Source: Chiloscyllium plagiosum
Lineage: Eukaryota
Assembly: GCF_004010195.1 (NCBI RefSeq)
Contig: NC_057719.1
Coordinates: 87,612,382-87,676,381, forward strand
Reading direction: 5' to 3'
DNA length: 64,000 nucleotides
The position numbers and the translations under genes are program-made. The notes below the pieces were generated by a model. That model was not told the origin of the DNA, did not search any database, and was given only the letters and a program-made list of their open reading frames with translations. This document shows positions 28,030 to 41,047 of the stretch, piece after piece (the first letter of the stretch is position 1; each line of letters starts with the position of its first letter).

Positions 28030-29780
28030 AAGGTCATTGTCAATGACAAAGAACTACCTAGGAAGATGATTAAAAGTCGTGAGGAAATGGTCAACATTTT
28101 AGTCATGATCTTGCAAAATTCTCTCAATTCAATAATTGCCTGAATTGGAAAATAAAAAAGGTTGTTTAATAATGTAAGAAAAAAAAGCAATGGTAAAAGA
28201 GATAAACTAAGAAGTCTAGCCTCGATTGTTGGAAACTTTTAAAAATGTTTGTTATGTGACCAGCAACAGAGCACTGGGACCAATACAGGGAGTTACTAAA
28301 GTACTAATGTCGGGGGTGGGGGTTGGTTTTGAATACCCAGCATTCAATTTGGCTCCACAGAAAAAGAAAGCTAATAAACACATACACATGTGGAATTGGT
28401 AGAGGTAGAAGATAGCCAAGAGCATGCTCATATGTACTCAAATTAATAGCATGTGACGTAACACATATACCTGTGAAATGTACTGGTGACAGCAAGTTGG
28501 ATGGCATGATAAGCGTAGACGCAAGCTGAAAATTACAAATTACGCATTGATAGATTACATCAGCAGATGGTAGTTCATTCTGGGCAAGTGCGGAGGGACA
28601 AAAATGGATCAACATTTTCTAAATGGTGGAAAGCTAGAATGAAGTCAGATTTAGGAGCTCAAGCTAATGGCTCTTAATGATTTAAGAACTAAAGTAATAA
28701 TGACCTTGATCACAAGAGGTCTGGGTTACAAAGGAGTAGAAGTCTAATTAGAGAGTTCTCTCAATATTGGATTCAGATCCAAAATACCTCAGCAAGGGTA
28801 CATCAACAAGGCACAGTGAAGATTCATTAGAATGTTCCTGAGGTTAGAAGTGTTCAAATAGCGACAGCAGGTTGTAGACTAGCCTTCAGCTCTAATATAA
28901 AGATTGATAGATAATCTAATTTACCAATTAAGTGTTAAGAGGTTTACCTTTGCCTAGCAAAAACCTAGCCACCAGTTTTGGAATTTGCAATGGAGTCTTA
29001 GTAGCTTTGAGTGTCCAGATTCCCACCAATTTTGTGCGAAGTGCCATCTAATATCATCTCCAATGACTAAGGATCGATATTTTTAATTAACCTGGTCAGA
29101 TGTATAGTGTACATTGTAATGATGGAAGAGCTATCAAGGCACACTGGTGGTACTGTGCCTCCCTCTGAGCTGGATGACCTGGACTCAAGTCCCACCTCCC
29201 CCATAAGAACACTTCTGAACAGGGTGATTAAAAGGAAAAAAAAAAGCTGGATTATTGGGTCTCTTGTGATGCAATGGTACTGTCCCCACTTCTGGGCTCA
29301 AACATCTGGATTCAAGTCCAACCTGCCCCAGACATGTTTTAACATTCCTGAAGAGATAGCTTTTCTTTGAAAACACTTGCAACTCAGTTATATTGTCCTT
29401 ACCTCCAAGTCAGAAGGCCGAGGTTTAAGTCCTACCAGCTCCAGAGTCGTATCATAACACACCTGAGCAGGTTAATTAAAAATATCTATCCTATAGTGAG
29501 GAAGTGCAGAATGAGGGACATGACCTTAAATTTAGAGCTAAGTCATTGGAGATGATATCAGATGGCACTTCTTCGCACAAAATTGTTGGGAATCTGCACC
29601 TCCTCACTCTCAAAGCTACTGAGACTAGGGGTCATTGCAAATTTCAAAACTGATGGCTAGATATTTGCGAGGCAAAGGTATAAAGGGATTACAAAAACAA
29701 GGTGGGTAAATGGAGTTAATAGACAAATCTTCACAAACTTAATGAACAGTGGAGCAGGTTTGACAATGGGCTGAGTGGTC
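28030..29780 (+). mobile_element. Highly decayed CR1 LINE with an internal inverted duplication and SINE-like inserts
   Basis: Residual CR1 RT and 3' similarity; see findings. Confidence 0.55.
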
Positions 29781-31849
29781 GCTTGATACTGTCTTGTAAA
29801 AATACCATCTGCATTGTATTGAGGGTTCAACAACAGCTGCATTAGTGAAGTCAGCCTGAAACAGACTCATGGTAGTGGTGGAATCAAGTTAGGGCTGGTA
29901 TTGGTGGCATCTGCAATGGCAAGGTCTTGCGAGGATTCAGTGGCAAGGGCATTGGTGGAAGAGAGATGGTACCGAGGAGTGGCGACTTTAATTCCAACAG
30001 CATGGTGAAGAGAACCCGGGCCTCGCCCACTGATGGAGGACTTAACATATTCTATATTTTGGCTTATTTTTCTGTGTTTTAATATAGCGCCAGAGAGTCG
30101 TGACACTTTTCACTGTATTTTGTGAAAAGAGACACTTGACAATAAATGAATCAAATAAGTGTAGCTCACTCAGTGTGCGTTGCTGCAGAAACATATATTT
30201 TTCCATGCGTGTTGCAGCTGGGATGATCAAGGGTCCAATTTTCTCTCCATCACGTGGCTGATCAGGGATTCCCTCCCACTCTTGCTGCCTGCCATCAGTG
30301 TGAGGGGAGGATTTACAGTCCAATACTCAAACTGTTTGACTACATCACAAATGGACCTTTCTTGGCCATCAAGTCCTTTTCAGTAGGAGGGGGCCACTCT
30401 AACCCAGAGCTTCTGGCATCAGACTTGCTACTCCGTGTCATAAGATCTCCAAAATACCTCCATCCCAGTTCTCACTGAGTGCAGCGTCATACAACTAATA
30501 ATTACTATTATATGAAATGAAACATCAAGACCACAACTACAGCTGTGGTTGAAAACATTTAAGCTCTTTTGAAACAGGAATTAAAATTACATTGTGTGAT
30601 AAGACAACTAGTCATACACTATGCTTCCTTGCTCAATTAAAGCAAACGAGTCATAAATCTCATGCTCGTGTCTTGTCATCTCATGTCTCTTATTTAAATT
30701 TTGTTAGAACCAGTTTTTATCCATTGGATTAGAGAGCATCCAATAACAAGATTAAATTCTGCCAAATAAAAGTAAAATCTAGAGGCACTGGAAAATTGAA
30801 ATGAAAACACTGCATGGGAAACTCTTAAGTCTGGCAGCATCTGTGCGGAGAGAAACAGTTAATATTTAGAGAGTCTGGTATGACTCTTCGACATGCTGCC
30901 AAACCTGCTTAGCATCTCCAGCAGTGTGTGTGTTTTGGACACTGAATTCTGCCTACTAGAGGCTTGTGGTGTTTATACTTACTGCAACAGCTTTTATGGA
31001 TATAGAATTTTAAATGTCTCCTATGGTTTTCAGATACAATTACATAATTGTTACCATTTTTATAGTAACTGCATGTTTGTGACTCCAAATTCCCTTGAAG
31101 TCAGAGCAGACTCCCATCAAGAATAAAACAAAATAATGGAGAAGCTCAGCAGTTCTGCAGGATCTCAGGAGGACAGACATTTTGAGTCTGATGTGACTTC
31201 TTCAAAACAAAATTGGGTTACTTGCTCGAGGACAACAGACTTAGGCAATATGGCTTGGCTTTTACATCTATATCCTATAAACAAATAGGAAACAAAATGG
31301 TTCCATTGTAACATTAATGATGTGCAGGGAGGTCAGTGCTTTGAACCAAGTTTCCATGACATTGGATCAAAACTAATATCCATCAGAAATATGGATAAAC
31401 ACTTGAACCACACAATTTTAGAGCAGTCATTTCATGGAAGTGTTAATGCAGTTAAGTTCTAGCCTCACACACAATGCCACATGTTTTAAGGTAAAGTTTC
31501 TGGAAAGTCACATGCAAATCTGAAAATGTGCAAACCTAATAAGCTCCCACATGGCCACGCATCTGTTCAAAACAAAATGTAATCAGAAGTCAGCAGAGAA
31601 AGCTCTCAAATATTCAAACCAATTATTTTCCTGTATGGATGGATGCACAGGTACCTCTAAAATCTATTACTTTGATCAAGCCTTTAGGAACTCCATCCTA
31701 TAAGAATGGTTTTAGTAGTAACAGGAACCTTCTGAATGTTCAAATACAGTCAAAAGGCATTTTGAAATGGTAAATTTGTACCTGTATGATTTTCAAGTTT
31801 AAGGTGCATATTAAAGGTGCAAATTGTTTCCTATTTGTTTATAGGATAT

Positions 31850-32104
31850 TGAGGGGGCATAGCTTTAAATTAAGGGGGGGTAGGTATAGGACAGATGTTA
31901 GGGGTAGGTTCTTTACTCAGCGAGTCGTGAGTTCATGGAATGCCCTGCCAGTAGCAGTGGTGGACTCTCCCTCATTATGGGCATTTAAGCGGGCATTGGA
32001 TAGGCATATGGAGGATAGTGGGCTAGTGTAGGTTAGGTGGGCTTGGATCGGCGCAACATCGAGGGCCGAAGGGCCTGTACTGCGCTGTATTCTTCTATGT
32101 TCTA
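31850..32104 (+). mobile_element. CR1 LINE 3' end (CpG-retaining subfamily)
   Basis: RGHSFKLRGGRYRTDVRGRFFTQRVVSSWNALP; ttctatgttcta tail. Confidence 0.88.
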
Positions 32105-34184
32105 TTAAAGCTGTTGAAAAGGTGGGTTGAGGAAAGGACAAAATAATAAAGGCAGTTTGCCGATCAAAACATGTCCAGTGGACATCCTAAGTAATCTATA
32201 TATTTAAAATGGTGTTTGGGTCTTTATTTAAATCTTCTATTAAGAAACTTCAAAGATACTTTCCAATCTTGGGTGCCAATGATTTTTGTGCTTCCCATTC
32301 ACTGTATATCGCCAAAGCTCAAATACTTTGCTTAAAAGAGCTGTTTCAGCCTGTGTGCCATTGCAGTTGCAGATTAAGATGGATCTGCACTGCAAGATGG
32401 ATCTACACTCTTTTCCCTAAACAGCATCTTTTATATACATGCACGCACGCTTTTAACAGTCACTAACAGTTACCTCCTTTAAAGACTTTGCTCATGAGAT
32501 TTCATTGATGTCGGCAGGATTTAAATGAAACACTGGAAATGCTGGTAATACCAGAAGGTGCAGTTTCTGTCGGGAAAGAGGTAACTCTTCAAGGACCTTT
32601 TACTGATATAGGGCATAGACCAGAAACCATTTTTATATTCCTCTCCACAAATGCTGCCACACCTGCCCAATATTTTCAGCATTTTCTGGTTTTATTTCAG
32701 ATTTCCAGCATGCTCATGCTTCAAGAACATTTATTTGACCTTACTCTCCCCTTCATTATTAATCATTTCGTCACTTCTTTCTTTTGGTAACTGTTTCAAC
32801 TTTTCACATCATCGAAACTGTCATCCTGATGAACCCACATGTAATATTGGCACATTATGAAGGTAACTGTTCAACCCTTCCATTTCTGTAGCACGTTCAA
32901 ACTGCTGTGTTCTATACAATTCTTCCTCTCTCCATAGGTACTGTCCGAGTGTTTCCTGTTTAAATTTCAGACTTTTAGCACCCCTTTGCTATAAAACAAA
33001 CAAATAAGTCAAGTCAAACATTCCTGAAATTTGTACTAGATTCTCACCTAAAAAAATTGACTTATTTTCTTTTTATTTACTTGAATTTACATTTGCGACT
33101 TGTGAGCAGCCATTAAACTAGGGAAGTGTTATCTTTGGAAGCCATACGGTTCCAGGAAACAGAGAGCTGTCTATTTAAATAAATCCCGATTAAGTTAACT
33201 TTAGAAAATTGACTTCTTGAGTATAATAATAGCTTACTGAAACCCATGTGTAATTGAAAAGAAGCTCATCAGTGTTTGGTTTCGCCACTGCATGCCCTTA
33301 TCTAGTTCCCCAATTGCAGGATGGTGTACAAGAGTGAAATAAATATACTTAGGGATTTCAAAGCATTGTAAATAAAGGCAAACATATCTCAAATCCATCT
33401 CTGATTCAATACAGTTTTCTCCTTCAGTAAAAAGTCAATGTGCTGCTGTCCCTCATATGTTGCACCAAATAACTGACACAATATTTGCCTGGCATAGTAT
33501 TTGCTAGCCAATGCGGAAAAGATTGAAGTGGTCAACATGAACAGCTGAAGCATTAGGAGAACGTGGCAGCCCTTGGACATCCACGAAAAACTAATAACTC
33601 CCCTAGCCACATACCATATTAACTTTGGAATTTTTAACCATTTGCAATAAGTTGGCAAAATTGGTGCTGGGTGAGGTGCAGAACCAACCCACATGGAACT
33701 GAGAGCTCACTGTGAACTGATTGGAATACTTGCAGGTTAAGTGGATTAACCATGGTTAATTTAGGGTTACAGGTTTAGGTGGGATACTCTTTGGAGGGGT
33801 GGTCCAGACTCAACAGGCTGAATGGTCTTCATTGACACAACAGTGGTTTCCATAATTCTATGATATTAGGAAGTGCGACTCCGAGCTAGGTCAAAGTTGT
33901 GGGTTAAGAGAGAGACTTTATAAAAGGTAAGGGAACTGAAGAGATTAATACGATAGACATGTAAGCAGTAAATGAATAGGGTAAGACTTGAAGCTCATCT
34001 CTGGATATTTATTTTAATAAACAAGATACAGCACAAACCCAGTGATTTGTTACATCAGAATCAAAATGCATTAACAGTACCAGATACAATAATAAAACAA
34101 ATTGAATGTTTCAAGAGCAGACATGGGCCTCCCTACAGCTGTTACAGCAACTTCTCAGAAGTGAACAAGATCTAAGCAATTATA

Positions 34185-35790
34185 GCAATTTGCATTTATA
34201 CAGCACCTTTCATGGAGAAGACTATCCCAATGTACCTGACAGCAGCAAGATACAAAATCTGTCACTGAACCATGAGACAATCTTTTATCAAGATTTGTAT
34301 TACTAGACCAAGGCAAGTCCAAAGAAATATCTTGAAAGTGAAAGGACGGAGACAAGAATTCCTGAGATTACAGCCTAGACAGCCGAAGGCACAATCAATG
34401 TATCGTTTAAAATTCAGGATGCTTACAAGTTTGGAAATAGAACAGTGTCGAGTCGGAAAGCTATAAGACTGGAGGAGAATATAGAGATAGGAAAAAGGCA
34501 AAGGACGACGACATGGTGGGTATTCTGAAAACAAGGAGCAGAATTCTAAAATCAAGGCGCGGTCCACTTGGGAGTCAATAGTGCACATAGGATGGATAAA
34601 ATTTCATACCATGTCAGGTTTATGGAGCTCGGGGGTTTAGGTTACAGAATGACCAGGACTGCATTGTTATTAGTGAACTCAAATATTGCAAAGACATAGA
34701 TAACGGCTTTGACTGCAGATGAGCTGAGGTGGGACAGAGACGTGCAATGTTAGGGAGGCATACAGGGACGGGTGTTTAATCTGATGTTTAATCAGAAGCT
34801 CATCGAAGTTGATTAGGATGTGAAGGTTGCAACCTGTCTGGTTACGCCTCAGACAGATGCCAAGGTGAACAATAGAGTCAATGGCCAGAGAAGGGAGTCT
34901 TCCTAATATTCAATTAGAAGAACTTCTGCTCATCCATTCTTGGACGTCAGACAAGTGGTTTGAAACGTTTGAGGTAATGGAACATTCAAGAGAAATGGTG
35001 GGCTAGTAGACTTGGTTGCTAGCAGTGCACATGTGGAATATGACATTTTCACAAAGGGGCAGTATGTCAATGAGAGTTGAGTGGGGGAGGTCAAGGTGCA
35101 GGATTGGGAAGCGAAGATATTGTAGGTCATTCTCTAGCAAATACTGTAGACAAGTGTAGTCCCATGAGCTGGGCGATGGGAGAAAGCTTTTGAAGCAGGG
35201 TGGTGATCAGTTGGGACAGAGATTGTGAAGCTTGCAACCAGTCTGGTTACAACCCTCATTCATACACTTGTCAGCACAGAGGTGACTATTCCAATGTGCT
35301 TCCGCCTGGTCTCCCAAACTCTACCCTCCGCAAACTTGCAGTAAAGCCATTTATCCCATATACTCCAAGCTCACTGACCTATACTGGCTCCCCTTCAAAT
35401 GACAAGTCATTTTGAAAACTTTCAACTTTTGTTTTCAAATTTCTCAACAGTCACCCCTTTCCAAACCTGTAATCATCTCTACGCCCACAACCCTCCAAGG
35501 TATCTGCAATTCTCAAATTCTGGCTACTTATACACCCTCAATCGTATTTCCTACAACAATGGGACAGAGACAACGAAAGGCAAGGCTACCACCATCTAAT
35601 TTTCATCTTTTAGTTCTTTCTCTCTACTTCACTTTCCTGCATTCAGAGAATTCTTTCAAAACCACCTCTTTGAACAAGTTTCAGTCCATTTAACCTGATA
35701 GGGTTCAGTGTCATATGTTGCTTTATAAAAGCTTCAGTGAGTTGCCCTGGGATGTGTCATTACATTAATGGTACTATACATTAAGCTGTT
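34185..35790. mobile_element. L2-like LINE remnants, minus (about 34185-35215) and plus (about 35240-35790)
   Basis: DYSNVLPPGLPNSTLRKL and LTDLYWLP (L2 RT C-terminus); gcaatttgcatttatacagcacc tail. Confidence 0.6.
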
Positions 35791-36659
35791 TACCATTGTT
35801 ACATAGCACAAGAGGTCACCACTGAGGCAAGTAAGAATGTCTCGCGGGCTGCAAAAATAAGCAATAACTTCATTCACTGTCTCAATCAGTTGTGTTTTTT
35901 CACCCAACATACCATTTCTGGATTAGCTGTAGTCAACATGCTGATTACAAATAATTGACATGCTGGACAAGTGACGTAAAGATAATCCTTAGAGAGATTA
36001 TGGGTGTGTGTAGTCAGAGGATTGTTTCAAGCATACAAGTGATGTTATCACTAGCAGGATCAAACAACCAGCAGTTTTCTCCAGTTAATTCGAGTAGAAG
36101 CAGCAGTCCTGAATAAACAACAAACAATTGGGACACCAAAAGCCAGCTTTCTCTTCACAATTATTCACTCCACTGTAAAGCTAGGGGATAGGGCCTAGCT
36201 CAGCCCACCTTCCACGTGAAACTATCTCTGACTTGATAGTGGTGGAAAAATAAAGTGGCTTTAATTTCTAATAATTTATGGAAGAGGGTGGCATTAATGC
36301 AGCCGAGTTTTAAATCATTTAAACAAACGGTGGTTGTTTGGCTGGTTCAAAACTATAAATATCGCAGGTATCCCTGAATTCTTTCAGACTTGTGAAAAAT
36401 CTTGTTGAAAGCAATATTGCAATATTTCCAGATTGTTTGCCCGCCACCTTAATTTAAATTGGACCCTACACAGCACAGTTTTCTAAAATACCAAACTGAA
36501 CATCTGTAAACAGAGCATCTCTCTATTATATATCACTTGTATGATCAGCAGAACCTGTTAAGGAAAGCTCTCAAGATCTTTTTTTCACCTTGCTGATAGC
36601 TCATCATTCCCTTCTCTCTGGTTACCCGCTCCTCTCAGTGCTACATTGGAGATTGCAGT

Positions 36660-37380
36660 CAGACTTCCAGTAATGTTGAGTAATGACATCATCACAGTTC
36701 TTACAAGGTATTTTATAAATGACATCAGTTTTGCTTGTTATCTGTATAGGATCTTTTAAATTCATTAGCTGCGGTTTTAGTGTGTTGGTGGGTTTGTGGG
36801 CTACCAGAATGGCAAGAGGTCAGAGTAGTCTGGCAGTCATTTCCAAGATGTCTTTGATGTAGGGGAAGAGTGGCTAGGGTTTCTGCATTTTGTCTGCTTG
36901 TTTGGGTTTATTGCTGAGAAATCAGCAACTGTGTTCATTGGATACTCGTTCTTTTTGAATACACTGTATAGGTGATTTTTCTCCACTCTTCGTAGCAAAA
37001 CTAATGTCATTTACAAAATATCTTGCAAGAACTATAACAAACACTACATTGGACAAATAGGCAGGAAACTAGCCACCAGGATACATGAACACCAACTAGC
37101 CATAAAAAGACATGACCCACTCTCACTAGTATCTTTACAAAAAAAAAAATGAGAAAGGACACTTCGACTGGGACAACACATCCATCCTAGGACAAACCAA
37201 ACAGAGATGCATGAGAATTTTCAGAAGTATGACACTCCAACCAGAAACCTATCAAACATTGATTTGGATCCATTTACCACCCTGAGGAAAAGAACAGGAA
37301 ATGATATCACAAAAGGAAATGACATCACCAACCCAAGGAAACTTTAACACAAATAAAAAGAAGGCCATACCACCGTTGCT
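36660..37380. mobile_element. Penelope-like fragments of a second family in opposite orientations
   Basis: The plus part (about 36995-37380) encodes NVIYKISCKNYNKHYIGQIGRKLATRIHEH (GIY-YIG). The minus part (about 36790-36995) is homologous to 38583-38790. Confidence 0.75.
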
Positions 37381-37382
37381 TC

Positions 37383-38582
37383 ACCCATGGGGAACCTTGT
37401 CGAATGCCGTACTTAAATCCATATAGATCATATCCACTGCTTTGCCCTCATCAATCCTCTTTGTTATTTCTTCAAAAAACTCAACCAAGTTTGTGAGACA
37501 TGATTTCCCACGCACAAAGCCATGTTGACTATCCTTAATCAATCCTTGCCTTTCCAAATAAGAGAAAATCCTATCCCTCAAGATTTCCTCCAATAACTTG
37601 CCCACAACCAACATCAGGCTCACTGGTCTATAGTTCCCTGGCTTATCCATACCACATTAAATAGTGGTACCACATCAGCTAACCTCCAGTCTTCCAGCAC
37701 CTCACTTATGACTATTGATGATACAAATATCTCAACAAGGGGCTCAGCAATCACTTCCCACAGAGCAATCAGGTACACCTGATCAGGTCCTGGGGATTTA
37801 TCCACCTTTATGCGTTTCAAGACATGTAGCACCTCCTCATCTGTAATATGGACATTTTTCAAGATGTCACCATCTATTTCCATACATTCTACATCTTCAA
37901 TGTCCTTTTCAACAGTAAACACTGATGCAAAATACTCATTTACTATCTCCTGTGGCTCCACATAAAGGCTGCCTTGTTGATCTTTGAGGGGCCCTATTTT
38001 CTCCTTAGTTACCCTTCTATCTTGAAGATATTTTGAAAAACCCTTTGGATTCTCCTTAATTCTATTTGCCAAAGCTACTTCACATTCCCTTTTTGCCCTT
38101 CTGATTTCTCTCTTAAACATACTCCTACTGCCTTTATACTCTAAGGATTCACTCGATCTATCCTGTCTATACCTGACATATGTTTCCTTCTTTTTCTTCA
38201 CCAAAACTTCAAATTTCCCTAGTCATCCAGCATTCCCTACACCTACCAACCTTTACTTTCACCCTAACAGAAATATACTCTCTGTCTCTGGACTCTCGTT
38301 ATCTCATTTCTGAAGGCTTCCCATTTTCTAGCAGTCCCTTTACCTGTGAGCATTTGCTCACAATCAGCTTTTGAAAGTTCTTGCCTACTACCATCAAAAT
38401 GAGCTTTCCTCCAATTTAGAACTTCAACTTTTAGATCCAGTCTATCCTTTTCCATTACCATTTTAAAACTAATATAATTATGGTCACTGGCCCCTAGGTA
38501 CTCCCCCGTTGACATCTCAGTCACCTGCCCTGCCTTATTTCCCCAAGGGTAGGTCAGGTTTTGCACCCTCTCTAGTAGGTAC
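37383..38582 (-). mobile_element. CR1 LINE ORF2 fragment (endonuclease end to RT start)
   Basis: LGASDHNYISF, KSPGPDQVY, PGNYRPVSL, QHGFVRGKSCLTNL and AFDKVPH. Confidence 0.92.
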
Positions 38583-40870
38583 TTTGTGGACTACCATGAT
38601 GCCAAGAGGTCTGACTGACGTGGCAGTCATTTCAGAGATGTCTTTGATGTACGTTAAAGTGGCTAGGGTTTCTGGCCATATTTTGTCTGCTTGTTTGGAT
38701 TTGTTGCTGAGAAATCAGTGGACTGTCTTTATTGGGTACCCGTCCTTTTTGAAAACACCGCTTAGGTGATTTTCTTCTGCTCTTCGTAGCTCCTCAGTGC
38801 TGCACTGCATGGTGGCTTGTTCAAATAACATCTTAATGCAGCTTCGTTTGTGGGTGTTGGGATGATTGCTCCTGTAATTGAGTATTTGGTCCGTGTGTGT
38901 TGTTTTTCTGTAGATGCTGGCTGGACGTTCCCCACTGACTGTACAGTCTACCGTGACATCGAGGAATGGCAGTTGTTGTTGTTTTCTTCCTCTTTTGTAA
39001 ACTTTATGCCAGTAAGGATATTGTTGAGGTCTTGAAGCTTTCCTCCAATTTGGTTTTGTTTAGTGTTTACTATGGAAAAGGACATGGAAGATATAGAATG
39101 TATGGAAATAGATGGTGGCACCTTGAAAAATCTCCATATTACGGAGAAGGAATCCTGAGAGACAGGATGTACTTGTATTTGGAAAGGCAAGGACTGATTA
39201 GGGATAGTCAACATGGCTTTGTGCGTGGGAGATTATGTCTCAAAGTTGATTGAGTTTTTGAAGGAGTAACAAAGACGATTGATGATGGCAGAGTGCTAGA
39301 TGTGATCTATATGGACTTCAGTAAGGCATTCCCCATGACAGACTGGTTAGCAAGTTTAGATCTCATGGAATACAGGGAGAACTAGCCATTTGTATACAGA
39401 ACTGGCTCGAAGATAGAAGACAGAGGGTAGTGGTGGAGGGTTCTTTTTCAGACTGGAGGCCTGTGACCAGTGGAGTGCCACAAGAAGCGGTGCTGGGTTC
39501 ACTACTTTCGTTATTTACATAAATGATTTGGATGTGAGCGTAAGTGGTGTAGTTAGTAAGTTTGCAGAGGACACCAAAATTGGAGGCGTCGTGGACAATG
39601 AAGAAGGTTTCCTCAGATTACAACATTCCTCAGATTGGATCTTGATCAAATGGGCCAATGGGCTGAGAGTGCCAAATGGATTTTAATTTAGATAAATGCA
39701 AGATGCTGCATTTGGCAAAGCAAATCTTAGCAGGACTAATACACAATGGTAAGGTCCGGGGACTGTTGCTGAACAAAGAGACCTTGGAGTGCAGGTTCAT
39801 TGTTTCTTGAAAGTAGAATCTCAGGATAGTGAAGGTGGCATTTCTTTTGTTTTCCTTTATTGGTCAGAATATAGAGGACAGAGGTTGCAGCCATACAGAT
39901 AATTGGTTTGAAGACTTTTAAAATATTGCGTGCCATTCTGGTTTCCTTCCTATCGGAAGGATGCTGTGAAACTTGAAGAGGTTCAGAAAAGAATCACAAG
40001 GATGTTGCCAGGGTTGGAGGATTTGAGCAAAGGGGAGAGGTTGAATAGGGTGGGGCTGTTTTCCTGGAGTGTCAGAGACTGAGGGGTGATCTTATAGAGG
40101 TTTATAAAGTCACGAGGATAGGTTAAATGGGACAAAGTCTTTTCCCTGCAGTGGAGGAGTCCAGAACTAGAGGGCATAGGTTTAGGATGAGGGGGGAAAA
40201 GATACAAAAGAGACCCAAGGGGAAATGTTTTCACATGTGTACGGAATGAGTTGACAGAGGAAGTGTTGGAGGCTAGTACAGTTGCAACATTTAAAAGGCA
40301 GCTGGATGGGTATATTGAATAGGAAGGGTTTGGAGGGATACGGGCCAGTTGCTGGCAGGTGGGTCTAGATTCGGTTGGGAGATCTGGTCGGCATGGACGA
40401 GTTGGACCGAAGGGTCTGTATCCGTGCTGTACATCTCTATGACTCTAGTGATGAAAAGTGTCTCATCCACAAAGCCGATCCAAAGTTTGGGTTAGATGGT
40501 TGGGAGAACTGTTTGTTCGAGTCTCTGCTTCTGCTGGGAATCCATATACAAGTGATCCCATGGGTGTTCTGTTGATTTCTGTAGCTTTGGTTATTGAAAG
40601 TGAAGTAGGTGGTGAAGCATAGGTCTACTAGTGTGACCATGTTGTCTTTGCTGATGAACTTGGCTGTGTCTGGTGTTTGTGTCTTTGGTTCTTTTAATAG
40701 TGTTGTCAGTGTCTCTTTGGCCATGTTGATTTTGATGGATGTGGACAGGATTGAAACATCAAAGGAGACCATTACTTCATCCTTTTCTATCTTGACATTT
40801 TTCATGGTGTTCAGGAATTCTTGAATGGAGTGGTGCGAGTCTTCTACTAAGTATTTTAGTATTTTGTGGG
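38583..40870 (-). mobile_element. Penelope-like RT fragment interrupted by a CR1 LINE (39066-40445)
   Basis: VMVSFDV...LVDLCFTTYFTFNNQ (PLE RT) at 40437-40805 continues at 39060-38583 (TKQNQ...LNNILTGIKFTKEEENNN). TAGTG occurs at both junctions. Confidence 0.78.
39066..40445 (+). mobile_element. CR1 LINE, 5'-truncated and degenerate
   Basis: DSQHGFVRG, SGVPQ and SKFAEDTKIGG remnants; 3' tail tctatgactcta. Confidence 0.9.
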
Positions 40871-41008
40871 TCCAGTAAAAAAAAAGTGTGGGCCCACTTA
40901 TTCAGATCATTAAACATGGCAAAAGTGAGGACTGCAGATGCTGGAAACCAGAGTTTAGATCAGAGTGGTGCTGGAAAAGCACAGCAGGTCAGGCAGCATC
41001 CGAGCAGG

Positions 41009-41047
41009 AAAATCGACGTTTCGGGCAAAAGCCCTTCATCAGGAATC
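41009..41047 (-). ncRNA. Minimal type I hammerhead ribozyme motif (PLE-derived), intact core
   Basis: Minus strand reads GATTC CTGATGA A GGGC TTTT GCCC GAAAC GTC GATTTT: core CUGAUGA/GAAA, stem II GGGC/GCCC, palindromic ACGU stem III and a GUC cleavage triplet. Lies in an isolated PLE terminus (about 40920-41047). Confidence 0.75.
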
